64,000 bases of DNA from the IMG/VR virus record IMGVR_UViG_3300032322_002195, positions 1 through 64,000 of that record. One strand, written 5' to 3'. Positions 50,912 to 60,007 of this stretch are shown here, piece after piece. Positions within the stretch are counted from its first letter, which is position 1. Each line of letters begins with the position of its first letter. The translations under genes and the position numbers were made by a program. Below the pieces are notes generated by a model. That model was given only the letters and a program-made list of their open reading frames with translations. It was not told where the DNA came from and ran no database searches. This DNA comes from a virus.

Positions 50912-52174
50912 TTATTTAAACAAGTCTTCAAAATCAAACCCTTCATCCAAATCATCATCTGGCTTACCACCCATTAACTCGTCCAAATCAAAGCCTTCGT
51001 CTTTTATTTCATGATGAGTGTTTATTTCATTCATCGCTTCGTTAAATTCATCGTTTTGTATTTCTTTTTTGATTTCTTTAACAATGGTTTCTATTATAAT
51101 TTTACCCTCTTTGGTACCAGCCATAATTTCTCTCATCTTTGTATTGAACTCTTTAACAGGCAAAGCCGCTAAATCGCAGTAAATTTGATGTTTTAAATGA
51201 AAATCATCTGGCTCAATCATTGAAGCAAATCGACCCCATAGACTTGGACCTAGCCTCATATCCCATGGCTCAGCTGCTAAAAAATCAGCTTTATTTATAA
51301 CATATTCACCAATTCTTTTTTCTTTTGGTAAACCATGTGCCGATATAAGTTCCATAACACCCTTTACTAATTCATGAATAAGAACTGGAAATACCATTGC
51401 TTGAGCATATATTACTGCTTTTGGGTTTGATTGAGTTGGAAATTGAACTCTTACAACACCACCGTTAACACCATTATCCATTTCTGGTATAATATAATAC
51501 ATATAGTCAGCAGCGGACATCATTTTAGCGTATTTGTTTGGTAAGCGTGGGTCAAAATTAGTCAATTCATCATCAACCATATGGTACATGTGGTTGGTTT
51601 TTTTAGCAGCACCTTGTATCATTGCATTCAAAAACCTACGCTTATAAACTTCTTCGTTAGCGCCAACCATTTCATCATGATTCATAAACTCAACTTCCAT
51701 GGCCATTGGTTTTGGATTCTTTTTGGTTCCAACCATAGTTATCTCTGTTGTCAATTCAGCATGAATTTCAACAATATCTTCACTCATATCAAACTCTTCA
51801 CGAATCATTTTTTCAGCCAATTTCTCCAAAGCTTTTTTATGTTTTGCTTCTATACCGATGGTTTCATATACCATCGGCATCATTTCTTTCAAAACATTTG
51901 AATTATTTATTACATCAACATCGTGAGCTCTTTTATAGCGATTGGCAACTTCTTTAAAACGTTCACCCATTATTTTCTCTTCAAAAGTAGATTCATCATT
52001 TTCTGGGAAAATAGGGTGTTTACCCAAAGAATGTTTTCTCAAAACCAAATCTTCTTCAAGTTTTGGGTGCATTCTTTCAGTTAACCCTTCTGGATATAAA
52101 ACACCCTCGTTTAACGTTTTAGGTTTGTTACTTTGTTTAAGTGCGTTTTCAACTATTTTTCTGTAGTTACTCAT
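50912..52174 (-). CDS. Hypothetical protein
   Basis: 420 aa; leader ending TLNE; acidic tail with GFDLDEL/GFDFEDL. Confidence 0.75.
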   Translation of the reverse strand: MSNYRKIVENALKQSNKPKTLNEGVLYPEGLTERMHPKLEEDLVLRKHSLGKHPIFPENDESTFEEKIMGERFKEVANRYKRAHDVDVINNSNVLKEMMPMVYETIGIEAKHKKALEKLAEKMIREEFDMSEDIVEIHAELTTEITMVGTKKNPKPMAMEVEFMNHDEMVGANEEVYKRRFLNAMIQGAAKKTNHMYHMVDDELTNFDPRLPNKYAKMMSAADYMYYIIPEMDNGVNGGVVRVQFPTQSNPKAVIYAQAMVFPVLIHELVKGVMELISAHGLPKEKRIGEYVINKADFLAAEPWDMRLGPSLWGRFASMIEPDDFHLKHQIYCDLAALPVKEFNTKMREIMAGTKEGKIIIETIVKEIKKEIQNDEFNEAMNEINTHHEIKDEGFDLDELMGGKPDDDLDEGFDFEDLFK

Positions 52175-53078
52175 TATTTATATTTTTTACTTTGATAATT
52201 CTTTTTGTTTTACCCTCAGATAATTGAGCGTTTTGTTGTTCTGGTTTAACTTTAGACATGTCTTTTAATCCACTTATTAATTGTGATAAACCATTTCTAG
52301 GCACACCAATCATTTCAGCAAAAGCTGCTATAACCTCTCTTTTAGCTACTGGTGTTTTTATAGTTGTAATAACATTTGAAGGAATTCTTTTTTGTATTAA
52401 ATCCATTAATTTTTTTGCTTTGATATTCATTTCTTCATCACTTTCCTCACCAGTTGGCGTAACTTCGTTTACAACATGTTTTTTAGGTCCAAATACCTTT
52501 CCTTCAAAGTATTTTTTAAACTCCCTAATTCCCATGTATCTCTCCTCGTCAAGCATATTTGCTTTAGCCAATTCTTCTATTGTTTTAAACTTTCTAAATT
52601 TTCCAGTTTTCTCATTAACAATATAATGCCTGAATTCACCAAGACCTAATGTTTTATTTTCATTGGCTGTTTCTTCTTTTACCTCCATCGCCTCTTTCAT
52701 AGGTTTTGCAATATTTTCTTCAAAATATTGCATATCATGAATTATATTGTCACCATTATCATCAACGTCATCATAACAATAAACCGCTAAAACAACTTCT
52801 TTATTTGGCATTAACCCTCTAACCATTTGATATCTTTTATCACCGATAGAAAATGGTTGTGATATTTCACCAGTTTTAGAATCTTTAACATTTGATAAAT
52901 ATTGTATTGTTGATTGGTCTTGTGGTTGAATAACGTTATCGATTTCAGTTATTTTTTTATCTATAGGTAGAATATTAACTTTTTGACCTTTTAAATCAGA
53001 AATAGTTTGTTTTAGTTCTGATTTAGGAATCATAATAGTTGGCGTTTCAACTTCTTTTATTTTATTTTGTTTCTCCAT
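52167..53078 (-). CDS. Hypothetical modular protein
   Basis: 303 aa; segments separated by ITE, MKE, VNE and LSE. Confidence 0.7.
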   Translation of the reverse strand: MEKQNKIKEVETPTIMIPKSELKQTISDLKGQKVNILPIDKKITEIDNVIQPQDQSTIQYLSNVKDSKTGEISQPFSIGDKRYQMVRGLMPNKEVVLAVYCYDDVDDNGDNIIHDMQYFEENIAKPMKEAMEVKEETANENKTLGLGEFRHYIVNEKTGKFRKFKTIEELAKANMLDEERYMGIREFKKYFEGKVFGPKKHVVNEVTPTGEESDEEMNIKAKKLMDLIQKRIPSNVITTIKTPVAKREVIAAFAEMIGVPRNGLSQLISGLKDMSKVKPEQQNAQLSEGKTKRIIKVKNINNE

Positions 53079-53475
53079 GATATTGTTGGTTATAATTTAA
53101 TATTAGGTCTTTTTCATATAACTTTTCTTCAACTTCTTTTATTTTTTCTCCAAATTTAAAACAAAGTCTTTTTTCTGGATATGAGTCATAAGCATTAATG
53201 TTTTCCCATGCCAATGCAATAACACCATCAACAGCATCCCATACGGCAAATGTGTCACTGTTTTGAATAACATCTAATTTTAATTCAGACTCCAAACGTC
53301 CAACTTTTTTAATAAAATTGTCATGAGGGGCTTGTGGTCTACCAGAAGCTGGAAAAGTATCCCATTCTTCACCATCAATATTTTTACTTGTATCTGAAAA
53401 TATAAATTCAAACAAGTAATTACCTTGATAGTTTTTGCCAACCATGTTAACATATATGAGATACAAATCTTTCAT
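53062..53475 (-). CDS. Hypothetical protein
   Basis: 137 aa; overlaps both neighbours. Confidence 0.7.
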   Translation of the reverse strand: MKDLYLIYVNMVGKNYQGNYLFEFIFSDTSKNIDGEEWDTFPASGRPQAPHDNFIKKVGRLESELKLDVIQNSDTFAVWDAVDGVIALAWENINAYDSYPEKRLCFKFGEKIKEVEEKLYEKDLILNYNQQYHGETK

Positions 53476-55061
53476 TATTTTTCAGCTTTTGGGTCTGGTT
53501 GAACGTTAGGCATTGGAAGAAAAGGTTTATTTTTTCTACTTGGTATGTTTGGTTCACTAGGTTTGGTTTCAGGTGTTACTTTAGGTTTGACAACTGGTTC
53601 AATAGTAGGCTCTATCATAATATCATCTTCTCTGAATGTTTCTCTTAACATATTTTTAATAATGTTTTTAGGTTCAAATATACTTAAATTTTCTGATATA
53701 GACAAGTTCTCGTTGCTCTTTTTCCCCCAACTTTTACCTTTTTTAGGTGTACCACATGCTGAAGGTGTTGGCCTACAAGCTGGATATTTTCTATTTTCAC
53801 CTTCTTTTCTACCACAAGGTTTGCATTTTTTCCTACCAGTTTTCTCATCTGTTCTACATGTGTTGCAATCTACCCAACCTTGTGATTTTCCTTCACCACC
53901 TTGTCTAGAAAACCACCCATGAAGACCCTGTTCTTTTTCTTTAGAAAAATCAGTCTTTTTAGACTCATTCATTTTTTCATCTTTGGCTAAAAATGCATCA
54001 ATCCACGCTTGCAATTCATGAACATCTGGCGCATATTCCTTTCCCTTTTTTCTAGTGATAGCACTATGAGCCAAATTAATTAATTCTTTGGTGTATTCTT
54101 CAGATTCATTTGTTTTTTTTCTACCTTGACAATGTGCTCTTTGGCTAAATCCTTTTGGATTGTTGCAATCTATGCTTCTTTTGTATTTTTCAGACCATTT
54201 TTCTTCAATTGAGGCTTCTTTCAAAACAGAGATATCGTCATAATCTGAATTTAAAATTTTTATTTGTGTGTTTTTAGCAATTACATTATGTTTATCATCA
54301 ACATAAATAAAAGGACTAGTCCATAAAATTAAATCCCCTAAATACATCACCATTTGGAAATGATTTGTTGGATTTTTAGATTTATTTTTAAACTCCACTT
54401 CTTCAACCCCACCAACTAAATCATTTGATATCTGATATAATAAATGACGAGCCACGTTTTCATTTATATCAGCCAAATTATCATCATAGTCAATTTTCCA
54501 CATAGGAATCCACTCTGTTTTCATTCTTTCATTGAATTTTTTGAATGGGATTTTATATGATTTTATTTTTTCAATTATTCCTTTTATTGTTTCATCTTCA
54601 GACTCATTGGTTTTATTTCCCCAATTAGCAGCACCGACCTTACGACATTGAACTAGCGAACCTGAACCGTAGGCACTTGGCCATACATCATATCTAGCTC
54701 TAACTTTATAATAACAAGCGTCTTTTTTACCTTTTTTCTTTTTTCCTTCTTCAATTGCTTCATAAACAACCAAATCATCATCAAACTTTGTTTCAATAAT
54801 TTCCACCATCAAATCACCAGAACCCTTAATAACTCTATGAAAAGTATTCTTAGGAATAAAAAATTCTTCATTAACATTTAATTTTTTTGGTAACTCATTG
54901 TCAAATTGTACCAACCAATCGTTTTCATTTAAAGGAATTACAATTCTGTCTTCTTTATCACGATGCCATACCAATTCATCACTTTCAACAAGATTTGAGA
55001 AAGTTCTTCTAATCACATTACCATTTTTTTCTTCACTATATGGTTTCATATTACTTTTCAT
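53475..55061 (-). CDS. Modular putative polyprotein: cupin-like domain plus three basic Cys-containing modules
   Basis: WHRD...IPKNTFHRVIKG cupin-like domain; modules DAC...WPSAY...QCRK, KWSEKYKRSIDCNNPKGFSQRAHC and a 6-Cys WVDCNTC module; K-[TMS]-N-E-[SN] occurs four times at module boundaries. Confidence 0.75.
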   Translation of the reverse strand: MKSNMKPYSEEKNGNVIRRTFSNLVESDELVWHRDKEDRIVIPLNENDWLVQFDNELPKKLNVNEEFFIPKNTFHRVIKGSGDLMVEIIETKFDDDLVVYEAIEEGKKKKGKKDACYYKVRARYDVWPSAYGSGSLVQCRKVGAANWGNKTNESEDETIKGIIEKIKSYKIPFKKFNERMKTEWIPMWKIDYDDNLADINENVARHLLYQISNDLVGGVEEVEFKNKSKNPTNHFQMVMYLGDLILWTSPFIYVDDKHNVIAKNTQIKILNSDYDDISVLKEASIEEKWSEKYKRSIDCNNPKGFSQRAHCQGRKKTNESEEYTKELINLAHSAITRKKGKEYAPDVHELQAWIDAFLAKDEKMNESKKTDFSKEKEQGLHGWFSRQGGEGKSQGWVDCNTCRTDEKTGRKKCKPCGRKEGENRKYPACRPTPSACGTPKKGKSWGKKSNENLSISENLSIFEPKNIIKNMLRETFREDDIMIEPTIEPVVKPKVTPETKPSEPNIPSRKNKPFLPMPNVQPDPKAEK

Positions 55062-55503
55062 TTTTTTCTTGCCATTTATATGAAATAGAATCTTCTTTAA
55101 TAGGTCCTCCTTTAGCCCATGTTCTACAGCTTCTAGCCGAATGACACTTAAAATGATGCATCCAACAATACCCTAATCTTCCATCTTCATCAGAAACTGG
55201 CCCTGGCATGCAATCATCCATTCTCGGAGATATATCAAAAGCAACGCAATTTCCACATTTAGATTCCATAGCTGCTTCAACGCTAGTATTCCAATGGTCG
55301 GCTATCTTTTCCCAAAAATCAGCTGGTTCATCAACATTTAATGGACCATACTGAATATGTGGTTCGTTTATCGCAGCATCTCTATTTTTGGTGTTTAATT
55401 CCAAATCTTGAGTTGCTTCAGGACATTCCATTTCTGGTTTGCCCAAAAGTTGTCTGTTTTTACGTTCAATTAAACGTTGTTTTTGTTTTGATATTCTGTT
55501 CAT
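55051..55503 (-). CDS. Cys/His-rich putative metal- or Fe-S-binding protein
   Basis: CGNCVAF...GYCWMHHFKCHSARSCRTW; ATG 55503 (track start 55527). Confidence 0.65.
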   Translation of the reverse strand: MNRISKQKQRLIERKNRQLLGKPEMECPEATQDLELNTKNRDAAINEPHIQYGPLNVDEPADFWEKIADHWNTSVEAAMESKCGNCVAFDISPRMDDCMPGPVSDEDGRLGYCWMHHFKCHSARSCRTWAKGGPIKEDSISYKWQEKNEK

Positions 55504-55517
55504 AATTAATATTTTTT

Positions 55518-57221
55518 TTACCACCATGTACCACCACCAGCTAAACCTAATGATTTAGCATATCTTGGTAAACGACATGCCCAGTAGCCTGGAGATGTTC
55601 TATCAGTCTTTGAAGGACAGTTATGTCTATCAGAAAAAGCTTTTCTAGCTTTAGGGTCTCTTAATTTAACAGCCAAGTTACCACCACCAGATTTAGCACC
55701 GAAAGAAACTTTTTTAATGTTACCAGACTGAGGGTCTCTTACATAAACATAAAATTTCTTTGAACCACCTCTTTTAGGTTTACCTAGTTGAACTTTTTTA
55801 CCTTTGTACTTGGCTTCATTTAAAGTTCTATTATTCTCATAATTTTTTAAATCGCCAATAACAACATGTTTACCGTTTTCAGCATTATATTTAACTATAA
55901 GCGTTTCATTCCCTTTATCATCATCACCTATAAAATAGTTTACATTATCATTGCTCAAACTAAAATATAAATTTCTACCATAATCGTCTTCTTCACCTGT
56001 CATTACTTTATCCCCAGACGCTGATTCGATAGCTGATTTAATCCAGTCAAAACTCTCCTCAAACTCTTCATAAATAAAGTTCATTTTTATCTTCTTACCT
56101 TCAATTATGATATATTGATTATCAAATTCGTTAACAATAAAACCATCATTCTCATTAAGTTTGATTAAACCTTTTGAATATAAAGCTTTAACTTCTTTAA
56201 TTAAATTGAAAAATTTTTCAGAACCAATTCTATATATCGTTTCATTCAAAGGTATTTCATTTTCAATATGGTATTTTAAATCATCTGAAATTGGTGTTTC
56301 TGTATGCAATTCCATTGGTGCCGACCATTCATCTTCTGAATCTACGTGATAATCGTTCAATCTACCCTCAATAAAGTGATAAACTTCTTCAACATCATCA
56401 GCTGAAGTCGCTATGTGGTCCAAAGCCCAACCATGTCCATCTGATAATAAAGCATCAACCTCATCATAATTCATTTTTAATAATTCACCAGCAGCGTGAT
56501 GGATTGTTTTTAGATTTTGCCAAAACATGTAATTGTTTGATTCTCTTTCAATTGGATTGTGTGTTTTTTGATATTCAGCCTCTTCGCTACCTTCTGGCGC
56601 AAATATGCTTAATTTTTTAGGGTTTATTGTCATCATATTTTCTTCAATCCCCTCTTCTCCACCAAAATCTAAATTTTCATCATCCGATGGCTCTTCTGCT
56701 GGTTGCTCATCATCCATAGGCTCTTCCGCTGGTTGTTCATCATCCATAGGCTCTTCTGCTGGTTGCTCAGATGACATATCATCATCTTTACCAGAAGATT
56801 TAACTTTATTAATAATGTCTTTTTGGTCTTCAGCATCCATTTCAGACGTATGGGTAGCTGATAATAACGAGTTAATTGCAAATTTTTCTAATTCAAAATC
56901 TGGTTGACCTTGTTCCTCATTATATTTTCTGAGTGATTGACCTAACTTTCCAGTTAGTTGTTGGATAAATTTCTTTGGGTCTGATTCCTCGTCTGCCTCA
57001 ACACCAGCATCAAATGGCTCATCATCAAATGGTTTATCATTTGATTTAGGTTGCTCCATAGGGGCGCTATCAACAGATGCTGGCTCTTCAGCTGGGGCTT
57101 CAGCTGGGGCTTCAGCTGGTTCTTCAACTGAAGCCTCTACATCTGGTTGACTAGACGCTGGTAACTTTAATTTGTATTTTGTTTCTTCGTCTAAATTACT
57201 TTTTAGACTTTTTTTTTTACT
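55518..57221 (-). CDS. Modular protein; probable -1 frame continuation of 57203..58111
   Basis: Track ORF 55518..57059 stays open for 54 further codons up to 57221 (SKKKSLKSNLDEETKYKLKLP...EEPAEAPAEAPAEEPA); ends in a basic module after TLNE. Confidence 0.75.
   Translation of the reverse strand, partial: SKKKSLKSNLDEETKYKLKLPASSQPDVEASVEEPAEAPAEAPAEEPASVDSAPMEQPKSNDKPFDDEPFDAGVEADEESDPKKFIQQLTGKLGQSLRKYNEEQGQPDFELEKFAINSLLSATHTSEMDAEDQKDIINKVKSSGKDDDMSSEQPAEEPMDDEQPAEEPMDDEQPAEEPSDDENLDFGGEEGIEENMMTINPKKLSIFAPEGSEEAEYQKTHNPIERESNNYMFWQNLKTIHHAAGELLKMNYDEVDALLSDGHGWALDHIATSADDVEEVYHFIEGRLNDYHVDSEDEWSAPMELHTETPISDDLKYHIENEIPLNETIYRIGSEKFFNLIKEVKALYSKGLIKLNENDGFIVNEFDNQYIIIEGKKIKMNFIYEEFEESFDWIKSAIESASGDKVMTGEEDDYGRNLYFSLSNDNVNYFIGDDDKGNETLIVKYNAENGKHVVIGDLKNYENNRTLNEAKYKGKKVQLGKPKRGGSKKFYVYVRDPQSGNIKKVSFGAKSGGGNLAVKLRDPKARKAFSDRHNCPSKTDRTSPGYWACRLPRYAKSLGLAGGGTWW
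56677..56769 (-). repeat. 30-nt coding tandem repeat x3 (EQPAEEPMDD)
   Basis: TCATCATCCnnnGGCTCTTCyGCTGGTTGy repeated. Confidence 0.85.
57081..57126 (-). repeat. 12-nt coding repeat (EEPA/EAPA x4) upstream of the annotated ATG
   Basis: GCTGGGGCTTCA units in frame with 55518..57059. Confidence 0.8.
57189..57220 (-). other. Candidate -1 frameshift/slippage site
   Basis: mRNA GUA AAA AAA AAA GUC UAA; A10 run at 57209-57218 followed by hairpin GUCUAAA-AAGUAA-UUUAGAC. Confidence 0.6.
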
Positions 57222-58111
57222 TCACCTTCGGTAAGTCTATCAATGATTGCGTCCATATTTTTAAGTGCGTTAAAAATACTTAGTTTGGATTCTTTAACCT
57301 CACTTTTTTTTGCACCAGCAATCTTATCAGCGTAAGTAATTTTGTCTTTTGGTTCAGCTAAAGCTGCAAATTCTTTTTCTTTTGCAGTCATTTCTTCGCC
57401 TTCTCCCATATCAATCATCTCATCAATAGCTTTTTCAGCTTCAGTCATTTCAACCTCATCCATATAAGCTTCTTCATACATAGATTCATACATAGATTCG
57501 TCCATTGCTTCATCCATCCCATTTTTTTTCTTAACGTCCATTACACATGCTTCATACTTGTCTTTGTTTTCTCTACCAACACTAGCTGTGCAAATAGCCC
57601 ATGGATTATTTTTCTTTTTTGCCTCATCCATATACATTTCATCCATAGGGGTGTTTTCTTCCAAATTTCCATGACCTGTAAACCCATTGCCTTTCATTTC
57701 AGAAAAACCACCAGCCATAGGCATGTTTTCAGTCAAAAGATTGTCATTTAAAAAAACATTTATTTCACCATCATAGTTATACGCTTCAGCAAGACTTCTG
57801 AACTTAAGATTCAAATGCTTTATAGCTTTTGCGTAAGAAGGATAAGCTTCTTGTTTTTTATTTTGTAAACCGCCAATATACTTGAAATCTTCAGCAACCA
57901 AATTTTTGATTTTATCAGATTTTTTAATATACCATTCGTGGTTTTCTCTTACAATAGCATAAGCATTCCCATCTGGTCCAACCTTTGTCAATTCCACTAC
58001 GATATTAGATTTGTTTTCATTGATTGGTTTTATCCCCATCAATTGTTTCATACGCTCATTTATTTCATGACCCTTTAACCCTATTGGATTAATTAGTATA
58101 TTTTTTTTCAT
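57203..58111 (-). CDS. Modular acidic protein with a small Cys-pair module
   Basis: 302 aa; many MDE/MYE/xxE units; KKKNNPWAICTASVGRENKDKYEACVMDVKKK; late motif at 58143-58151. Confidence 0.8.
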   Translation of the reverse strand: MKKNILINPIGLKGHEINERMKQLMGIKPINENKSNIVVELTKVGPDGNAYAIVRENHEWYIKKSDKIKNLVAEDFKYIGGLQNKKQEAYPSYAKAIKHLNLKFRSLAEAYNYDGEINVFLNDNLLTENMPMAGGFSEMKGNGFTGHGNLEENTPMDEMYMDEAKKKNNPWAICTASVGRENKDKYEACVMDVKKKNGMDEAMDESMYESMYEEAYMDEVEMTEAEKAIDEMIDMGEGEEMTAKEKEFAALAEPKDKITYADKIAGAKKSEVKESKLSIFNALKNMDAIIDRLTEGEVKKKV

Positions 58112-58168
58112 ATTTTTAAGTCTATTTTTATCTTTTATTTTAAATAAATATCTTATCTTTTTTAAAAA

Positions 58169-58438
58169 TTATCTAACATCAGTGTCTCCATACCTATCAA
58201 CAACAGAGCTTCCTTGATAAACATCATTTTTATCACCCAAAAGAAAACATCCAGTCCCACCACTTATACTTCTTACCAAGATTGATACTGTTGATGAAGC
58301 ACCGACAGATACGCTGGTTCCGTTTACAACAACTGAGCACCCAGCATTTCCACCATATATCTCACTATATGTGTGTGCACTAAAAATAGGTGTTTGAGCA
58401 GGTACGATTATTGAATATACATTATTAAATTTTGGCAT
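58169..58438 (-). CDS. Small beta-rich hypothetical protein
   Basis: 89 aa; late motif at 58455-58463. Confidence 0.65.
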   Translation of the reverse strand: MPKFNNVYSIIVPAQTPIFSAHTYSEIYGGNAGCSVVVNGTSVSVGASSTVSILVRSISGGTGCFLLGDKNDVYQGSSVVDRYGDTDVR

Positions 58439-58473
58439 ATTTAAAATATTTTCTTATAAATATCTGTAAAAAT

Positions 58474-58500
58474 AAAAAAGCACCTAAATTAGGTGCTTTT
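58474..58500 (-). terminator. Intrinsic terminator after thyA
   Basis: AAAAGCACCTAA-A-TTAGGTGCTTTT inverted repeat. Confidence 0.75.
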
Positions 58501-58533
58501 AAAAAATATCATACAATTATTTTTACAAAATGT

Positions 58534-59769
58534 TTAATTAGATAAAGGTAAATTTATTTTTGGGTGAGATTTATAATTTTCAAGGGTAAAATCTGTATTA
58601 TCTAAATGTGTTATTAAACTTAAATCCTCAGTTAACGATTTGAAAAAGGAATCCGTTTTACCAAAAATCAATTTTGGTAGTGGGTATGGTTCTCTAGTTC
58701 TTTTCGGAACGTTCAAATTATCAAATAAATCATGTGACGGAAAAGTTACGTTTAATAAACGTTTAGTGTCTTTTTCGTTTATTTCATACATCCGTTCAAT
58801 TCGCTCATCCAAAGTCAACTTCCTACCAATCTGTTCTTTTAACCCGTCTATATGATTTAAATATATATGACAATCACCTAAATTACCAATTAATTCGTCA
58901 GGAACCATGTTTACCATCTTCGCAATTATTTCTAATAGCAAACCATAACTAGCTATATTAAAAGGTAGACCAAGACCTGTATCCACTGAACGTTGATTCC
59001 ACATTAAAGAGATTGCTCTAGTTGGAATTTCACAATCATTCATTATTTTAATGTTCAAATCTTTTATATATGAATTTGTTTCAGTTCTAAAATTCTTAGT
59101 ATTGGGTTTAAATATATCGCATCTTTCTTCATAACTCAACTCTCTTGTATAAAATTGAAAAAAGTTATGACAAGGTGGAAGTACGCATTGGTCTAATTCT
59201 CCAACATTCCAAGCTGATACAAGAAGTCTCCTAGAATCTGGGTTTGTTTTAATTTCATTGATTAGGTTTGCGATTTGGTCTATCGAATATTCGTCATAGA
59301 CTCCATTCACTTTTGTATTACTCTCGTAACCAGTCCAATTTCTCCACTGCTTACCATAAATTGGACCTAATTCACCCCACTTTTTAGCAAACTCATCATC
59401 TGTTTTGATTTTGTTGATGAACTCTTCTTGAGATAACGGATTGATATAAATAGGTCCTTCACCAATAGGTTTCCAATTATTAAACCAATTCTTATATGCG
59501 TCACCCACCCAAATAGTATTACCTTGTTCTAACAACCATTTTAAATCAGTTCTACCTTGTAAAAACCAAAGCAACTCAGTTACTACTGATTTGAAATGAA
59601 TTTTCTTGGTTGTAAGCAATGGAAAGCCATCTTTCATAGAATGTCTTATCTGTCTACCGAATACAGATAGAGTGTCACCATTTCTTGTTTCTTTTTTAGT
59701 ACCATTATCAAGAATGTCTTGACATAGTGCTAAATAATCTTTATCTAATTTATTATTCATAACTTCCAT
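58534..59769 (-). CDS. thyA: Thymidylate synthase with three insertions
   Basis: FPLLTTKK, ELLWFL, GPIYGKQWR, SRRLLVSAWN, LPPCH, NQRSVD, GLPFNIASY, GDCHIYLNH. Confidence 0.95.
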   Translation of the reverse strand: MEVMNNKLDKDYLALCQDILDNGTKKETRNGDTLSVFGRQIRHSMKDGFPLLTTKKIHFKSVVTELLWFLQGRTDLKWLLEQGNTIWVGDAYKNWFNNWKPIGEGPIYINPLSQEEFINKIKTDDEFAKKWGELGPIYGKQWRNWTGYESNTKVNGVYDEYSIDQIANLINEIKTNPDSRRLLVSAWNVGELDQCVLPPCHNFFQFYTRELSYEERCDIFKPNTKNFRTETNSYIKDLNIKIMNDCEIPTRAISLMWNQRSVDTGLGLPFNIASYGLLLEIIAKMVNMVPDELIGNLGDCHIYLNHIDGLKEQIGRKLTLDERIERMYEINEKDTKRLLNVTFPSHDLFDNLNVPKRTREPYPLPKLIFGKTDSFFKSLTEDLSLITHLDNTDFTLENYKSHPKINLPLSN

Positions 59770-59800
59770 AATTTATTTTATTTTTATTTGTTTATTTATT

Positions 59801-60007
59801 TTAATAACTGTTAAGTTTTAATAGTTCGTCTTTCTCATATGATATTTCAAATTCTCTATAATTGGCACAATCATCTATTGAATTTAATTGATAAAGATAA
59901 TAATCATTTGTGTATACTGTGATTGAAATTATAATTTTAGGATTCTGTTCTTTATCGGTTTTGATATAAACATTGTCACCTATATTATATTTTGTATTAA
60001 TTTTCAT
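59801..60007 (-). CDS. Small hypothetical protein
   Basis: 68 aa, begins MKINTKYNIGDNVY. Confidence 0.6.
   Translation of the reverse strand: MKINTKYNIGDNVYIKTDKEQNPKIIISITVYTNDYYLYQLNSIDDCANYREFEISYEKDELLKLNSY

Noticed and set aside
50912-52174. Zincin metalloprotease from VLIHELVKG
   Set aside because: HExxK lacks the second His of HExxH; no other support.
58691-59502. ThyA insertions as inteins or introns
   Set aside because: They are short, in frame and lack Cys/Ser...His-Asn splice motifs or intron-like interruptions.
58534-59769. ThyA as a dCMP/dUMP hydroxymethylase supplying DNA glycosylation
   Set aside because: It keeps canonical ThyA motifs including PFN (dUMP-specifying Asn); no base-modification genes recognised in the window. 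DNA glycosylation is not excluded but is unsupported.
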